Under the pieces are notes generated by a model, which did no database searches, was not told the DNA's origin, and was given only the letters and a program-made list of their open reading frames with translations. Positions 38,457 through 49,068 of a DNA stretch of 64,000 nt are shown here, one piece after another; position 1 is the first letter of the stretch, and each line of letters starts with the position of its first letter. Both the position numbers and the translations under genes were made by a program. The stretch is from an uncultured Anaerolineales bacterium (lineage in GTDB: Bacteria; Chloroflexota; Anaerolineae; Anaerolineales; UBA11858). The DNA lies in the NCBI GenBank assembly GCA_964457375.1, contig CAYWFK010000005.1:14767-78766 (forward strand), written 5' to 3'.

Positions 38457-39617
38457 ATGCAAGAAGTCGCCATATTAGGGATCGGACAGACACCAGTATC
38501 CGAACACTGGGATAAAAGCCTGGTCGAACTGGCCGGGGAGGCTGTTCTGGCAGCTTTGCTGGATGCCGGGGTCAAATCCGCAGAAGCAATCTTTGCAGGG
38601 AATATGCTTTCCGGTATCCTCGAAAAGCAGGAACACATCGGCACTCTGATTGCCGATTGGGTCGGGTTGCGCGGCGCAGAAGCGATGAAAATCGAATCCG
38701 CATGCAGTTCCGGCGCAGCAGCATTCCGCACAGGGTTGATGGCAGTCGCATCCGGTGAAATCGAGACCGCTTTGGTAGTCGGTGTGGAAAAAATGACCGA
38801 CTCCCTGCCAAAAGCAACCACCTCCGGCCTGGCAACCGCCGCAGATGCCGATTGGGAAATCATCCACGGGCTTTCCTTTGTCGGTCTGAACGCCTTGATA
38901 ATGCGCCGCTACCTATACGAATATGGCTGGAGCCATGAAGATTTTGCCCCCTTCCCAATCAACGCCCACCAAAACGCACTGGCAAATCCCAATGCGCGCT
39001 TGCACATGCCCATCACCAGAGAAGACTACGAAAAAGCACGCATGATTGCCAGCCCGATTAATATTCTCGATTCATCCCCGATTGGGGATGGTGCTGCCGC
39101 CGTTTTACTCGTGCCTGCCGATAAAGTCGTCTCTCTGCCCGGAAAACCGAAAATCATCGTTGCCGGCTCCGCTTTTGCCACCGATACTCTCGCCATCCAT
39201 GACCGCAAAAATCCCCTTTGGCTTTCCGCCGCAGAAAAATCCGTAAAACGTGCTTATGCGCAAGCCGCCGTCGGGCCTGAAGACATTGACTTCTTCGAAC
39301 TCCACGATGCCTTTTCGATCATGGCTGCCCTGTCACTGGAAGCATGCGGGTTTGCCGAGCCCGGGCAAGGTCCCCGTCTGGGGCTGGATGGTGAAATCAC
39401 GCTTACCGGTCGCATCCCGATTGACACCCGCGGCGGACTGAAATCACGCGGGCATCCCGTCGGCGCCACAGGGATGTATCAAATTGTGGAAACCGTACAG
39501 CAGCTTCGCGGCGAGTGCGGAAAAACCCAAATTCCCGATGCCCATATCGGCATGGCGCAAAACATTGGCGGCAGCGGCGCATCCATCGTTACCCACATCC
39601 TGCGTACTGCCGGCTGA
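38457..39617 (+). CDS. Thiolase domain-containing protein (archaeal-type/SCP-x-like thiolase)
   Basis: 386 aa with the active-site region IESACSSGAAAF and C-terminal GHPVGATG...NIGGSG. Confidence 0.85.
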   Translation: MQEVAILGIGQTPVSEHWDKSLVELAGEAVLAALLDAGVKSAEAIFAGNMLSGILEKQEHIGTLIADWVGLRGAEAMKIESACSSGAAAFRTGLMAVASGEIETALVVGVEKMTDSLPKATTSGLATAADADWEIIHGLSFVGLNALIMRRYLYEYGWSHEDFAPFPINAHQNALANPNARLHMPITREDYEKARMIASPINILDSSPIGDGAAAVLLVPADKVVSLPGKPKIIVAGSAFATDTLAIHDRKNPLWLSAAEKSVKRAYAQAAVGPEDIDFFELHDAFSIMAALSLEACGFAEPGQGPRLGLDGEITLTGRIPIDTRGGLKSRGHPVGATGMYQIVETVQQLRGECGKTQIPDAHIGMAQNIGGSGASIVTHILRTAG

Positions 39618-39676
39618 TTTCACACGGCATCTCTTCCCCGCCGGGCAGCAACCCGCTAACAACCATTCACCTTTTC

Positions 39677-39708
39677 GGAGATACCTTCCCGGTATCTCCT
39701 TTGTTTCA
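39677..39708 (+). terminator. Rho-independent terminator after the thiolase-domain gene
   Basis: Perfect 9-bp stem GGAGATACC/GGTATCTCC with loop TTCCC, followed by TTTGTTT. Confidence 0.8.
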
Positions 39709-39883
39709 TCAGGGGAATCAAGCATGTCACCACCTTATCACCGCCTTTCTGGGCTGGAGTTTTTCAGGAAAATCGGGTAAACTTCACTGCCCTGGTGTTC
39801 CCGTCCCGAACATAGCCACTGAACAGCACAGAAATACCACGGGAAACTCGAGGGGCACATTTTGTGATTATCGAGGTTAAAAC

Positions 39884-40495
39884 ATGGTTTCAGCAGCAAT
39901 TGTCATCGCGGCTTATGCCGGTTTTCAGATGATGTCCGATATCGCCAGCCTGCGAATCATCACCCTTGCCGGTTTTTCGATAGATGCCGGCACATTTGTA
40001 TATCCTTTTACCTTCACCCTGCGTGATCTTGTGCACAAAACCGCCGGTATTCGCGTTGCGCGTGCGCTGATCATCACCGTCGCAGTGCTCAACATCGTCA
40101 TGGCGGGGCTGTTTTGGCTTGCTTCCATCCTGCCGCCAGACAAAGCCGTGGGACCTCAGCAAGAATTCCGCATGGTACTTTCGCCGGTATGGCGGATTGT
40201 CTTTGCTTCGATTGCGGCTGAGGTGATTTCCGAGCTTATCGACACCGAAGGCTACCGGTTGTGGGTTGAGCGTGTAACCAAACGTTTCCAGTGGCTGCGG
40301 GTACTGGTTTCCAACACTATCAGTGTACCGGTCGACAGCCTGATTTTTGCCTGGCTGGCTTTTGGCGGAGCAATGCCAAATGCGGTCGTCTGGTCGATTG
40401 TTGCCAGCAACGTTATCATCAAAGGGATTACAACCCTGGTCAGCCTTCCGGGAATTTATCTTGTCAAAGAAAAAGAAACCGCCGAAACCGGATAA
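39884..40495 (+). CDS. yhhQ: Queuosine-precursor transporter family (YhhQ/DUF165, VUT family)
   Basis: 203 aa with 6 TM helices and the DUF165 pattern (VYPFTFTLRDLVHKT.G, FASIAAEVISELIDT). Confidence 0.8.
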   Translation: MVSAAIVIAAYAGFQMMSDIASLRIITLAGFSIDAGTFVYPFTFTLRDLVHKTAGIRVARALIITVAVLNIVMAGLFWLASILPPDKAVGPQQEFRMVLSPVWRIVFASIAAEVISELIDTEGYRLWVERVTKRFQWLRVLVSNTISVPVDSLIFAWLAFGGAMPNAVVWSIVASNVIIKGITTLVSLPGIYLVKEKETAETG

Positions 40496-40557
40496 CACAC
40501 ACCGTCAATCCGGGAACGTTGTTGGTTTATTCAGCGGTTCGATATATAATTCAGACT

Positions 40558-42009
40558 ATGGCACAAAACAAAACCGATTCCCCGAAAAATTACCCGGCAA
40601 TCCGGCGCGTCCTGACGTATGTTTTGTTTGCCAATCTTGCAATCACGATAATAAAAATAACTATCGGCACCATCACCGGAGCACTCTCCGTCACAGCAGA
40701 CGGATTTCACTCCCTGGTTGATTCATCTTCGAACCTGATTGGTTTGGCAGCCATCCGCCTGGCTTCCCGTCCGGCAGATGAAAAACATCCCTACGGCTAC
40801 CAGCGCTATGAAACACTGGGCGCCCTGGCTATCGGAGGGCTGCTGCTTGCCGCAGCCTGGGAAATCGGCAGTAACGTTGTCAGACGCATTCTTGTTGGCG
40901 GCACCCCGGAACTTTCCCTGTCCGCATTGATCATCATGGCACTCACCCTGCCCGTGAACATCGTCATCGTCCTGATGGAAACCAAAGCAGGGGAAAAATA
41001 CCATTCCGACATCCTCCTGGCAGATGCCACAGACACGAAAACCGATTTGATCGTAACATCTTCCGTCATTCTCTCACTCCTCGGAATCTGGTTTGGTTTG
41101 CCCTGGCTGGATATCGTTACCGCCACCGGGGTCATCCTCTTCATTCTCCGAGCAGCCTTCTCGATTCTGAAAAACGCTGCCGAATGGCTCGCCGATATCG
41201 AAGCAGCCGACCCTGACGACATTTACGAAATCGCCTTGAACGTCCCCGGCGTATACTATGTACATCACATCCGTTCGCGGGGCACATCGGATTCCGCTTT
41301 TGTCGATTTGCATGCCAAAGTCGCCCCCGAAATGAGTACCGCTCAGGCACACGCCATCGCTTCGGAAATCGAACACCAATTGACCAGCAAAATACCCCAC
41401 ATCAAGGAAGTCTTGGTACACATCGAGCCTGCGCCGCCGGAACTCGTCCACCCCTGGGACCGTATCTCCATCGAACTCAAGCAAGTCGCTGACAGCATGG
41501 GGCTGGGATACCACAATCTCCATGTCCACATCGACGAACACAACAGTTACATTGTCGAACTACACCTGGAAATACCGGGAAACAAAACGCTGGGGGAAGC
41601 CCATAAACTGGACAAAGAATTCGAACGCAGAGTCAAGGAACGGTGGGAAAGAATCATCCGGGTCATTACCCACCTGGAACCCTTGTCGAAAACCCTCTTC
41701 TCCCCCGAAACCAATCAGGATCCGACGGTTCGCAAGCGTATCGAAGAAATTCTTTCCACCCGTTTCAGGGAAGTTACCATCATCGAAATTACCACGAACC
41801 ATCTGGACGGACACCTTGGAATCATCCTGCTGCTGGGTATGGACGCAGCCACACCGCTGACCATTGTGCACAATCGAATCGAAGAAATCGAGCGTTACCT
41901 GTACCAACATATCCCCGCTTTGCAGCATATCATCATCCACGCCGAACCTGTCAGCACATCCGCTCAGCCACCTCAACAGCCTGAGACAAACCGGCAGAAA
42001 CCGGCTTGA
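40558..42009 (+). CDS. Cation diffusion facilitator (CDF) transporter with three tandem cytoplasmic domains
   Basis: Start refined to the ATG at 40558. TMD motifs are present (SVTADGFHSLVDS, ADATDTKTD). Three successive ZT_dimer-like modules follow, each ending in H(I/L/A)EP. Confidence 0.85.
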   Translation: MAQNKTDSPKNYPAIRRVLTYVLFANLAITIIKITIGTITGALSVTADGFHSLVDSSSNLIGLAAIRLASRPADEKHPYGYQRYETLGALAIGGLLLAAAWEIGSNVVRRILVGGTPELSLSALIIMALTLPVNIVIVLMETKAGEKYHSDILLADATDTKTDLIVTSSVILSLLGIWFGLPWLDIVTATGVILFILRAAFSILKNAAEWLADIEAADPDDIYEIALNVPGVYYVHHIRSRGTSDSAFVDLHAKVAPEMSTAQAHAIASEIEHQLTSKIPHIKEVLVHIEPAPPELVHPWDRISIELKQVADSMGLGYHNLHVHIDEHNSYIVELHLEIPGNKTLGEAHKLDKEFERRVKERWERIIRVITHLEPLSKTLFSPETNQDPTVRKRIEEILSTRFREVTIIEITTNHLDGHLGIILLLGMDAATPLTIVHNRIEEIERYLYQHIPALQHIIIHAEPVSTSAQPPQQPETNRQKPA

Positions 42010-42052
42010 TGCACCACACTTACAAATGCTGCTCCACAGGATAAACCCGCAG

Positions 42053-43927
42053 TCAACGAAATAGCCTGCCCACGTCGTCCAGAAATTCTTCCATACCAGC
42101 CAAAGTAACCTGATCGCCGTTCTTCAGCCTGGTATTACCGTGAGGCACCATTAATTCCCCGTCCCGCCGAATTGCAAGGATAATGATATCGCCCGGCAGC
42201 TCCAGCGTTCTCAACGGGCGGTCGATGACATTCGGATTCCCGATAGTGACTTCACGGATTTCCTTGTCATCATCCGTCCTTGTCAGCAGTTCATAAACGG
42301 ATGGGTTGCGTGCCAGCAGCACAAGCAGCGTCGATTGATCCATCGCCGGGTTCATCGTTTTGACACCAATCGCTTCATAGCGGGCTACGTCTCCCGGAAC
42401 ATTGACACGGGCAACCACATTCTTGATCCCATAAGCCGTGCGCACATAATTACATACCCGAAAGCTGTTTTCCACATTGTTATAAACACAAATCAGCGCT
42501 TTTGCATTTTCGAGATACGGTGCGGTAATCTCATCATCACGATCGACACGTGCCAGAAAAGCATCGAAGCCTAATTCTTTGGCACGCGCAATCCTGTCTT
42601 CATGAACATCGAAAATCACCACTTCTTCCTGATGACTGCGCAATTGGCGAGCGACCTGTATCCCGACCGGGCCAATCCCCACCACAATGAAATACCGTTT
42701 GCTGCGCTGCTCAACTTTTGGCACAAGTTTGTTGAAAAGCAAAGGAGCAATAATTACCGAGAGAATAGCAACCAGAATAATCGCTGAATTTACCGATTCA
42801 CTGATTACATTGAGGCGCACACCAATCGCAGAAGCCGCAATAATCAGGGAAAGCCGCGCCGAGAGCAATGCCCCCGCACCAAGCGCCTCCCGCCAGCCGA
42901 ATGACAGGCGGAAGAACAACGCAGGCAGGATTTTCACCAACACGGCAGCGATGAGCAAAAGCGGAACCAGCAACAGCGCTTCCGAAGAAGCCAGCAAAGC
43001 CCGTAAATTGAAATCCACCCCCACCATGATGAAGAAAATCGGAATGAAGAAACCGAACCCGACCGCTTCCAATTGATGAACCAGTTCGACATCCCGCTTC
43101 GTTTTCAACAGGGCAATCACAGCGCCTGCCAAAAACGCCCCGAGGATGATTTCCGTACCGAGCACCTCGGAAAGCACAACAAAGCCAAGCATCAACGTAA
43201 AAGCCGCCCGCACTTTGATTTGTGCCGTGGCATGGCTCAACTCATCCATCAGTTTCCTTACGGAAGGTATTTGATTGAAAAACACCTTCCCGAAACGGTA
43301 GAAGACAAAAAACGCCAAAAACAAGACACTAATCAACAAAATATCCAACGTAAGGCCGCGGGACAAAGCGGCAACCACCACGGTAATCAGCAGCATGGTA
43401 ACAAAATCCGCCACCAGAGCAGAAACAAGCAGCGTTTGCCCATAACGCCCGCCGCTCAACCCGCGTTCTTTCAAGACCGGTACGACAACTCCGAGCGACG
43501 TCGTCGACAGAATCAATGCCATCATCCAGGGATCCCGGATCAAACCCAAGCGGAAAATCACGAAACTGATCATCACGGAAAGCGCCAGCGTCGCTGCGAA
43601 CACAATACTGCCCAAAGGCAAGGGGCCCCATCTTCGTTTCTTCTCCCCGTTGCCGTCACCCGCACGCGGCAGCCCGATTGCCGAAAAATCGATTTCCATG
43701 CCCGACAGGAACATCAAAAAGACAAAGCCGAATTCAGATAATAAATCCAGCAAAGGGTCATGTTGATTGACCCATCCCAGCCCGCTGCGCCCGACAAGAA
43801 TTCCGATGAGAATCTCCCCCACGACAATAGGGATGCCCAGCCGGCTGATTCTCGACAGGAAAATAGGCACAAGGAAAGCCAACAATACAACCAAAAGCAA
43901 AGGGGCAAAGCTCATTGTTTCATCCAT
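42053..43927 (-). CDS. Cation:proton antiporter (CPA2/Kef-type) with TrkA-N and TrkA-C (RCK) domains
   Basis: 624 aa. Na+/H+ exchanger-type TMD, Rossmann VVGIGPVGIQVARQL, and a C-terminal TrkA-C (GDIIILAIRRDGELMVPHGNTRLKNGDQV). Confidence 0.85.
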   Translation of the reverse strand: MDETMSFAPLLLVVLLAFLVPIFLSRISRLGIPIVVGEILIGILVGRSGLGWVNQHDPLLDLLSEFGFVFLMFLSGMEIDFSAIGLPRAGDGNGEKKRRWGPLPLGSIVFAATLALSVMISFVIFRLGLIRDPWMMALILSTTSLGVVVPVLKERGLSGGRYGQTLLVSALVADFVTMLLITVVVAALSRGLTLDILLISVLFLAFFVFYRFGKVFFNQIPSVRKLMDELSHATAQIKVRAAFTLMLGFVVLSEVLGTEIILGAFLAGAVIALLKTKRDVELVHQLEAVGFGFFIPIFFIMVGVDFNLRALLASSEALLLVPLLLIAAVLVKILPALFFRLSFGWREALGAGALLSARLSLIIAASAIGVRLNVISESVNSAIILVAILSVIIAPLLFNKLVPKVEQRSKRYFIVVGIGPVGIQVARQLRSHQEEVVIFDVHEDRIARAKELGFDAFLARVDRDDEITAPYLENAKALICVYNNVENSFRVCNYVRTAYGIKNVVARVNVPGDVARYEAIGVKTMNPAMDQSTLLVLLARNPSVYELLTRTDDDKEIREVTIGNPNVIDRPLRTLELPGDIIILAIRRDGELMVPHGNTRLKNGDQVTLAGMEEFLDDVGRLFR

Positions 43928-44072
43928 AACAAATTATCCCGTCATTTCCAGTGTTCATCTTGTTTTGCAATGCCTATGGTAACATATTTTGAAAACCGCA
44001 ATCTTTTTTCACCCGAATGTTTCCTTCTTCATATCCGCTAGACAACCGGCTCGTTACGCAACACTGATTCAT

Positions 44073-44081
44073 TGGTACAAT
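44073..44081 (+). promoter_or_regulatory. Extended -10 element (TGGTACAAT) only 8 nt upstream of the rarA ATG
   Basis: TG-n-TACAAT at 44073-44081 and ATG at 44090. This implies a leaderless or near-leaderless mRNA if functional. Confidence 0.35.
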
Positions 44082-44089
44082 AACTCATC

Positions 44090-45526
44090 ATGGACCTTTT
44101 CGAACATGCATCGCAAAAAGAAATCAACCGGCAAGCCCCGCTGGCGGCCCGAATGCGCCCGCGCACCCTGGACGAATTCGTCGGGCAGGAACATATCATT
44201 GGAAAAGGCCGTCTGCTTCGCCGGGCAATCGAAGCTGACCGCTTGTTTTCCTCCATCATCCTTTGGGGACCTCCGGGTACCGGTAAAACAACCCTGGCAA
44301 TGGTGATTGCCAACCAAACCCGTTCGCACTTCGAGACGCTCTCCGCAGTGCTTGCCGGTAAAGCGGAGTTCCGCCAGGTAGTCAAAGACGCCAAAGAACG
44401 CCGTATTCTCTACCACAAAAAAACCACCTTGTTCGTAGACGAAGTCCACCGCTGGAACAAAGCTCAGCAGGATGCTTTGCTGCCGCATGTGGAAAACGGG
44501 GAAATCACCCTGATTGGTGCGACGACTGAAAACCCCTATTTCGAAGTAATTGGCGCGCTGGTTTCACGCTCGCGTGTGTTCCAACTCAGACCGCTCGGTG
44601 ATGATGCCATCCGCACCATTCTCGAAAGAGCACTTGAAGACCCCGAACGCGGCTATGGGAAACGTCAAATCCGTATGGAAGAAAATGCAATTGCCCACCT
44701 CATCCGTGTGGCAGGCGGCGATGCCCGCAACGCGCTCAACGCTCTGGAACTTGCTGTAGAAAGCACGAAACCGGACGCCAAAGGGGTCATCCGCATCACA
44801 CTCGATGTCGCGCAGGAATCCATCCAGAAACGCGCTTTACTTTACGACAAAGATGGCGACGCCCACTATGATACGATTTCCGCCTTCATCAAGTCCATTC
44901 GCGGCTCCGACCCGGACGCTGCTCTTTACTGGCTGGCAAAGATGCTCTACGCAGGAGAAGACCCGCGTTTCATCCTGCGCCGCTTGCTCGTCCTTGCCGG
45001 AGAAGATATCGGGCTGGCAGATCCGCTCGGGCTGGTCGTTGCCAATGCCGCTGCACAAGCATTCGATTACGTCGGCCTTCCCGAAGGCATTTACCCGCTC
45101 GTGGAAGCCACCCTCTATCTGGCGACCGCTCCCAAATCGAACTCGGCCGGTGCCTACTTCAAAGCTTTCAAACTTATCGAAGAACAAGGTATTGTCGAAG
45201 TTCCCGACCATCTCAAAGACCCCAGCCGTGACCGTTCCGCTCTGGGACATGGCAAAGGGTATCGATACCCGCATGCATCCCGTGAACATTTTCTCCCCCA
45301 GCAGTACCTGCCTGACGGCGTTTTGGGAACTTACTTTTACACGCCTTCCAGTCAGGGGTACGAGCAGGAAATCCGGGAACGCCTGCAAAGCTGGCGCGCT
45401 GCCCAGCGCAAAGCCCTCGGGATTAAGCAAACCCAGGCAATTCCCGCCATGAGTGAAGCGGAAATCAAGGCAGTCAAAACCAGAGCAGTCAAACCCGCAC
45501 CCAAACCGCCCAATAAAGGTAAGTAG
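44090..45526 (+). CDS. rarA: Replication-associated recombination protein A (MgsA/RarA AAA+ ATPase)
   Basis: LAARMRPRTLDEFVGQEHI, Walker A GPPGTGKTT, DEVHRWNK, and the MgsA C-terminal domain (YDTISAFIKSIRGSDPDAALYWLA.M). Confidence 0.92.
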   Translation: MDLFEHASQKEINRQAPLAARMRPRTLDEFVGQEHIIGKGRLLRRAIEADRLFSSIILWGPPGTGKTTLAMVIANQTRSHFETLSAVLAGKAEFRQVVKDAKERRILYHKKTTLFVDEVHRWNKAQQDALLPHVENGEITLIGATTENPYFEVIGALVSRSRVFQLRPLGDDAIRTILERALEDPERGYGKRQIRMEENAIAHLIRVAGGDARNALNALELAVESTKPDAKGVIRITLDVAQESIQKRALLYDKDGDAHYDTISAFIKSIRGSDPDAALYWLAKMLYAGEDPRFILRRLLVLAGEDIGLADPLGLVVANAAAQAFDYVGLPEGIYPLVEATLYLATAPKSNSAGAYFKAFKLIEEQGIVEVPDHLKDPSRDRSALGHGKGYRYPHASREHFLPQQYLPDGVLGTYFYTPSSQGYEQEIRERLQSWRAAQRKALGIKQTQAIPAMSEAEIKAVKTRAVKPAPKPPNKGK

Positions 45527-45850
45527 GTAAATAGGCAGCGTAACCGGTTTTCCCCCCGAACGCCCCGCCCTCTGCTGGCATCATCCGCACTGCGTCAGCG
45601 GGAGGCTGTCTCTATCAACCAGGCTGTTCTGCCACGCAGGCAAACGGCTTGGTCAATTACAAAGGCACAACACCGGTCATGACGGCAACGGGAAGAACAC
45701 TTTGTCTATCGGCAGGAAAACGCACAGACAAGCTCTTTTTCCCCCGGGGCAATATTCGGCGAACAAGATGAAGAAATGCTGCTCGACCTCAGCCTGAAAA
45801 TCCTTGCCAGACTGAACAGAGAAACCTCATCCGGCAGCATCCTCCGCCCG

Positions 45851-46849
45851 CTAAATCACCCCTTGCTTCCGATACCAGTCATACGTATCCTGAATCGCCT
45901 GATATACCGAACGTTTGTCCCGTAATTCCAACTGTGTTTCCGCCTTTCCGGTATCGTAATAAAAATACAGTCCGGCAAACCGCAGCAATTCCCCGTTGAT
46001 TGGCACGGGAACCAGCCTGCGCAGGAAATCTACCGGAGCGGCCAGTCTCCGGGTCAACCACACCGGTGCAAGATACTTCGGCGGCTCCACCCCGGTAACA
46101 CCGGCAACGACTTTCACCAGGTCCATCAGCGAGAGGTTTTCACCCCCCAGGATATAACGCTCTCCCCGCTTCCCCTTGTGAAAAGCCGCAAGAACCCCTT
46201 CTGCCACATCCCGCACATGCACCACGTTCATGCCGCCGGGGACGACAACAGGCAAGCGCCTCTTGACAACCTGAACGATCAAATCTCCTGAGATGCGATT
46301 GATATCGCCCGCACCATAAATTGCCGCCGGGTTGACAATGACAACATCCAGCCCCTTCGCCACCGCCCGCTGCACTTCGCGTTCAGCAAGGTGTTTGGCA
46401 TATCCATATTGCCATTTGCTCGGAGAGTAATTCCAGGCATGGTTTTCATCGAGCAAACCCGGTTTCATCCCCGGCATCCGATGCACATCCTCAGGAACCC
46501 CCAAAGCAGCCACAGAACTGACATGCACCACACGTTTCACGCCGGTTTTTGCTGCTGCTTCGAGAACATGCCGCGTTCCTCCTACGGTGACATCCATCAT
46601 TCCCTGCGAATCGCGCCAATAACCGACTTTCGCAGCGGCATGAAACACCGCATCGACGCCTTGCATGGCAGCAAGTATCGTCTCCGGTTGAGTCAAATCA
46701 CCGACAGCATGCTCGATATCCATCCCTTCCAGCAAAGTCAGCCTGCTGGTAGTACGATGAAAAGCACGCACCTCATGCCCGGCTTCCAACAAAACCCGGC
46801 AAATATGAGAACCAAGAAATCCGGTAGATCCTGTCACCAATGCCTGCAT
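45851..46849 (-). CDS. NAD-dependent epimerase/dehydratase (extended SDR) family protein
   Basis: Start refined to the ATG at 46849 (AGGAG RBS). The product begins MQALVTGSTGFLGSHI (TGxxGxxG) and has a YxxxK (YGYAKHLAE). Confidence 0.85.
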   Translation of the reverse strand: MQALVTGSTGFLGSHICRVLLEAGHEVRAFHRTTSRLTLLEGMDIEHAVGDLTQPETILAAMQGVDAVFHAAAKVGYWRDSQGMMDVTVGGTRHVLEAAAKTGVKRVVHVSSVAALGVPEDVHRMPGMKPGLLDENHAWNYSPSKWQYGYAKHLAEREVQRAVAKGLDVVIVNPAAIYGAGDINRISGDLIVQVVKRRLPVVVPGGMNVVHVRDVAEGVLAAFHKGKRGERYILGGENLSLMDLVKVVAGVTGVEPPKYLAPVWLTRRLAAPVDFLRRLVPVPINGELLRFAGLYFYYDTGKAETQLELRDKRSVYQAIQDTYDWYRKQGVI

Positions 46850-46872
46850 ATTGCAATCTCCTTCTCCCCGGT

Positions 46873-48093
46873 TCAGTCTCCTAACCATTCGACAACCGTG
46901 GCTTCACCCTGCCCGACACCAACACACAGCGTAGCCAGCCCGTAATACGGGCGTTTCTCTTGCGGTGCACGACGTTTCATTTCATGCAAAAGGGTCGTCA
47001 AAATACGCGCACCTGAGCACCCCAAGGGATGTCCAAGGGCAATCGCTCCGCCGTTGACGTTGGTAATTTCCGGATCCATTCCAAGCTTCTGCATCACCGC
47101 CAAAGATTGCACGGCAAACGCTTCGTTCAATTCGATCAATCCGATTTCATCCAGCGATAATCCCGCCCGTTTCAAGGCTTTTCGCGTGGCGGGGACGGGT
47201 CCCATCCCCATCGTGCGCGGATTGACCCCCGCAGCAGCAGAAGCGACAACCCGTGCCATCGGTTTCAACCCCAATTCGTCAGCTTTTTCTGCGCTCATCA
47301 GTAACACCGCCGCTGCGCCATCGTTCAAACCGGAGGCATTGCCTGCGGTTACCGTACCGTTTTTGCGGAAGGCCGCTCTCAGACGGGCAAGTTTCTCCAT
47401 GCTGGTATCCCGGCGAGGGCGCTCATCCGTATCGATGATCACCGGATCCCCTTTACGCCTCGGAACACTTACCGGCACGATTTCTTCGGCAAACTTCCCG
47501 GAATCGATTGCAGCAATCGCTCTTTGGTGAGAGCGTAAGGCAAACGCATCCTGCTCCTCGCGTGAAATGCCGGTTTCCTGCTGGATGTTTTCCGCAGTTT
47601 CTCCCATCGCCTCGGTTTTATACATTGCTTCCATTTTCGGGTGCGGGTAACGCCAGCCAAATGCCGTATCCCACATTGTCACGTTTCCATAGGGATAAGC
47701 CATTTCCGGTTTAGGAACGGAAAACGGGCCGCGTGACATACTTTCGACGCCACCGGCAATGAACACATCCCCTTCTCCAACCTTGATTGCACGATACGCC
47801 ATATTGACCGCATTCAACCCGGACGCACACAAACGATTGAAAGTTACAGCCGCCACCTCCACAGGGAAATCTGCCAGCAGCGTAGCCATACGCGCCACGT
47901 TCCGGTTATCCTCCCCGGCCTGGTTGGCACATCCCAGATACACCTCTTCGACACTCGCAGGATCGACTCCCGTACGCTCGACAATTGCTTTAAGCACCAA
48001 CGCCGCCAAATCATCAGGACGTACTGCCGCCAATCCACCGCGGAAATTACCAATTGGAGTTCGCACCGCATCGATGATTACTGCTTCAGGCAT
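46873..48093 (-). CDS. Acetyl-CoA C-acetyltransferase (thiolase II)
   Basis: 406 aa. [21 protein letters not shown] (active-site Cys), [20 protein letters not shown]. Confidence 0.92.
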   Translation of the reverse strand: MPEAVIIDAVRTPIGNFRGGLAAVRPDDLAALVLKAIVERTGVDPASVEEVYLGCANQAGEDNRNVARMATLLADFPVEVAAVTFNRLCASGLNAVNMAYRAIKVGEGDVFIAGGVESMSRGPFSVPKPEMAYPYGNVTMWDTAFGWRYPHPKMEAMYKTEAMGETAENIQQETGISREEQDAFALRSHQRAIAAIDSGKFAEEIVPVSVPRRKGDPVIIDTDERPRRDTSMEKLARLRAAFRKNGTVTAGNASGLNDGAAAVLLMSAEKADELGLKPMARVVASAAAGVNPRTMGMGPVPATRKALKRAGLSLDEIGLIELNEAFAVQSLAVMQKLGMDPEITNVNGGAIALGHPLGCSGARILTTLLHEMKRRAPQEKRPYYGLATLCVGVGQGEATVVEWLGD

Positions 48094-48159
48094 AACCGCC
48101 TCCTCAAAGATGATTTCGTTTTCTTGAACTACGCAAAGGAAACCCGGCCATCGAACCTT

Positions 48160-49068
48160 TCAGCCGTTTTCCTGCACATCCCTGATTTTACCATTCCCGT
48201 TAACATTCTTGTTCACCAGTGCGATACCGCTTACAACCAAAACGGAACCCAGGAACAAATTCCAGCTTACGGTCTCGTTCAGAAAAACAGCCCCCAACAC
48301 CAACCCGACCACAGGGAAAATATAGGTAATCATCGTCGTACGGGTTGGACCGATTTCATGCAGCAAGTGAAAAAACAGAATATAGGCAAAAGCCGAACTT
48401 ACCATCCCCAGCCACAAAACGGAAATCCAGGTAAGCCTCAGCCTGGGGAGAACCACGGGCACATTGAAAAGCGGAACACCACCCCACATCAGCAGTTCTG
48501 CCCACAGCATCGGGAAAAATGCCTGCACCAGATGTGCCACATTCCTTAACTTTACCCTGATGAGAACCGCACTTCCTGCATAAGAAAGCGCTGCCAACAG
48601 AATCGCCCCCTCTCCGAGCAAATTGGCGTGCACGCCCCGGCTGAGATCATGCCACATCAATACGATGACTCCCAAAAATCCCAGAAACAAACCTGCTGCT
48701 CTGGGAAGCGTCACACGATCATCATCAAGAAAGAAATGTGCCATCAGCATTGTGAACAAAGGCACCGTACTGTGTAAAATAGCCGTCACCGCAGAGTCGA
48801 CATAAACTTCCCCCCACGAAACAAAGAGAAAGGGAATGGCAATATTGGTTGCCCCCAACACAGCCAGCACAGCCCAGACCTTCGGTGTACGGGGCAGAAC
48901 AGGCTTCTTGAACCAGACATACACGCCCAAAAAGACGACCCCGAAGAACAATCGCACTGTAACCAGCATATAAGGGCTGATTTCCCGCACGACGATTTTT
49001 ATCCACATGAAAGCGGATCCCCAAATCAGCCCCAATGCAACGAACGACAACCAATTCCTAAGCTTCAT
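48160..49068 (-). CDS. DMT superfamily (EamA-like) transporter
   Basis: Start refined to the ATG at 49068. 10 TM helices in two EamA-like halves. Confidence 0.8.
   Translation of the reverse strand: MKLRNWLSFVALGLIWGSAFMWIKIVVREISPYMLVTVRLFFGVVFLGVYVWFKKPVLPRTPKVWAVLAVLGATNIAIPFLFVSWGEVYVDSAVTAILHSTVPLFTMLMAHFFLDDDRVTLPRAAGLFLGFLGVIVLMWHDLSRGVHANLLGEGAILLAALSYAGSAVLIRVKLRNVAHLVQAFFPMLWAELLMWGGVPLFNVPVVLPRLRLTWISVLWLGMVSSAFAYILFFHLLHEIGPTRTTMITYIFPVVGLVLGAVFLNETVSWNLFLGSVLVVSGIALVNKNVNGNGKIRDVQENG

Noticed and set aside
39709-39883. Looked for a preQ1 riboswitch upstream of the yhhQ-like queuosine-precursor transporter.
   Set aside because: A CTCGA...TCGAG hairpin followed by GUUAAAACAUGG superficially recalls the preQ1-I A-rich tail. 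However, the loop is too long (about 21 nt) and lacks the conserved C and CC needed for ligand recognition and the P2 pseudoknot. An Rfam/Infernal scan would be needed to settle this.
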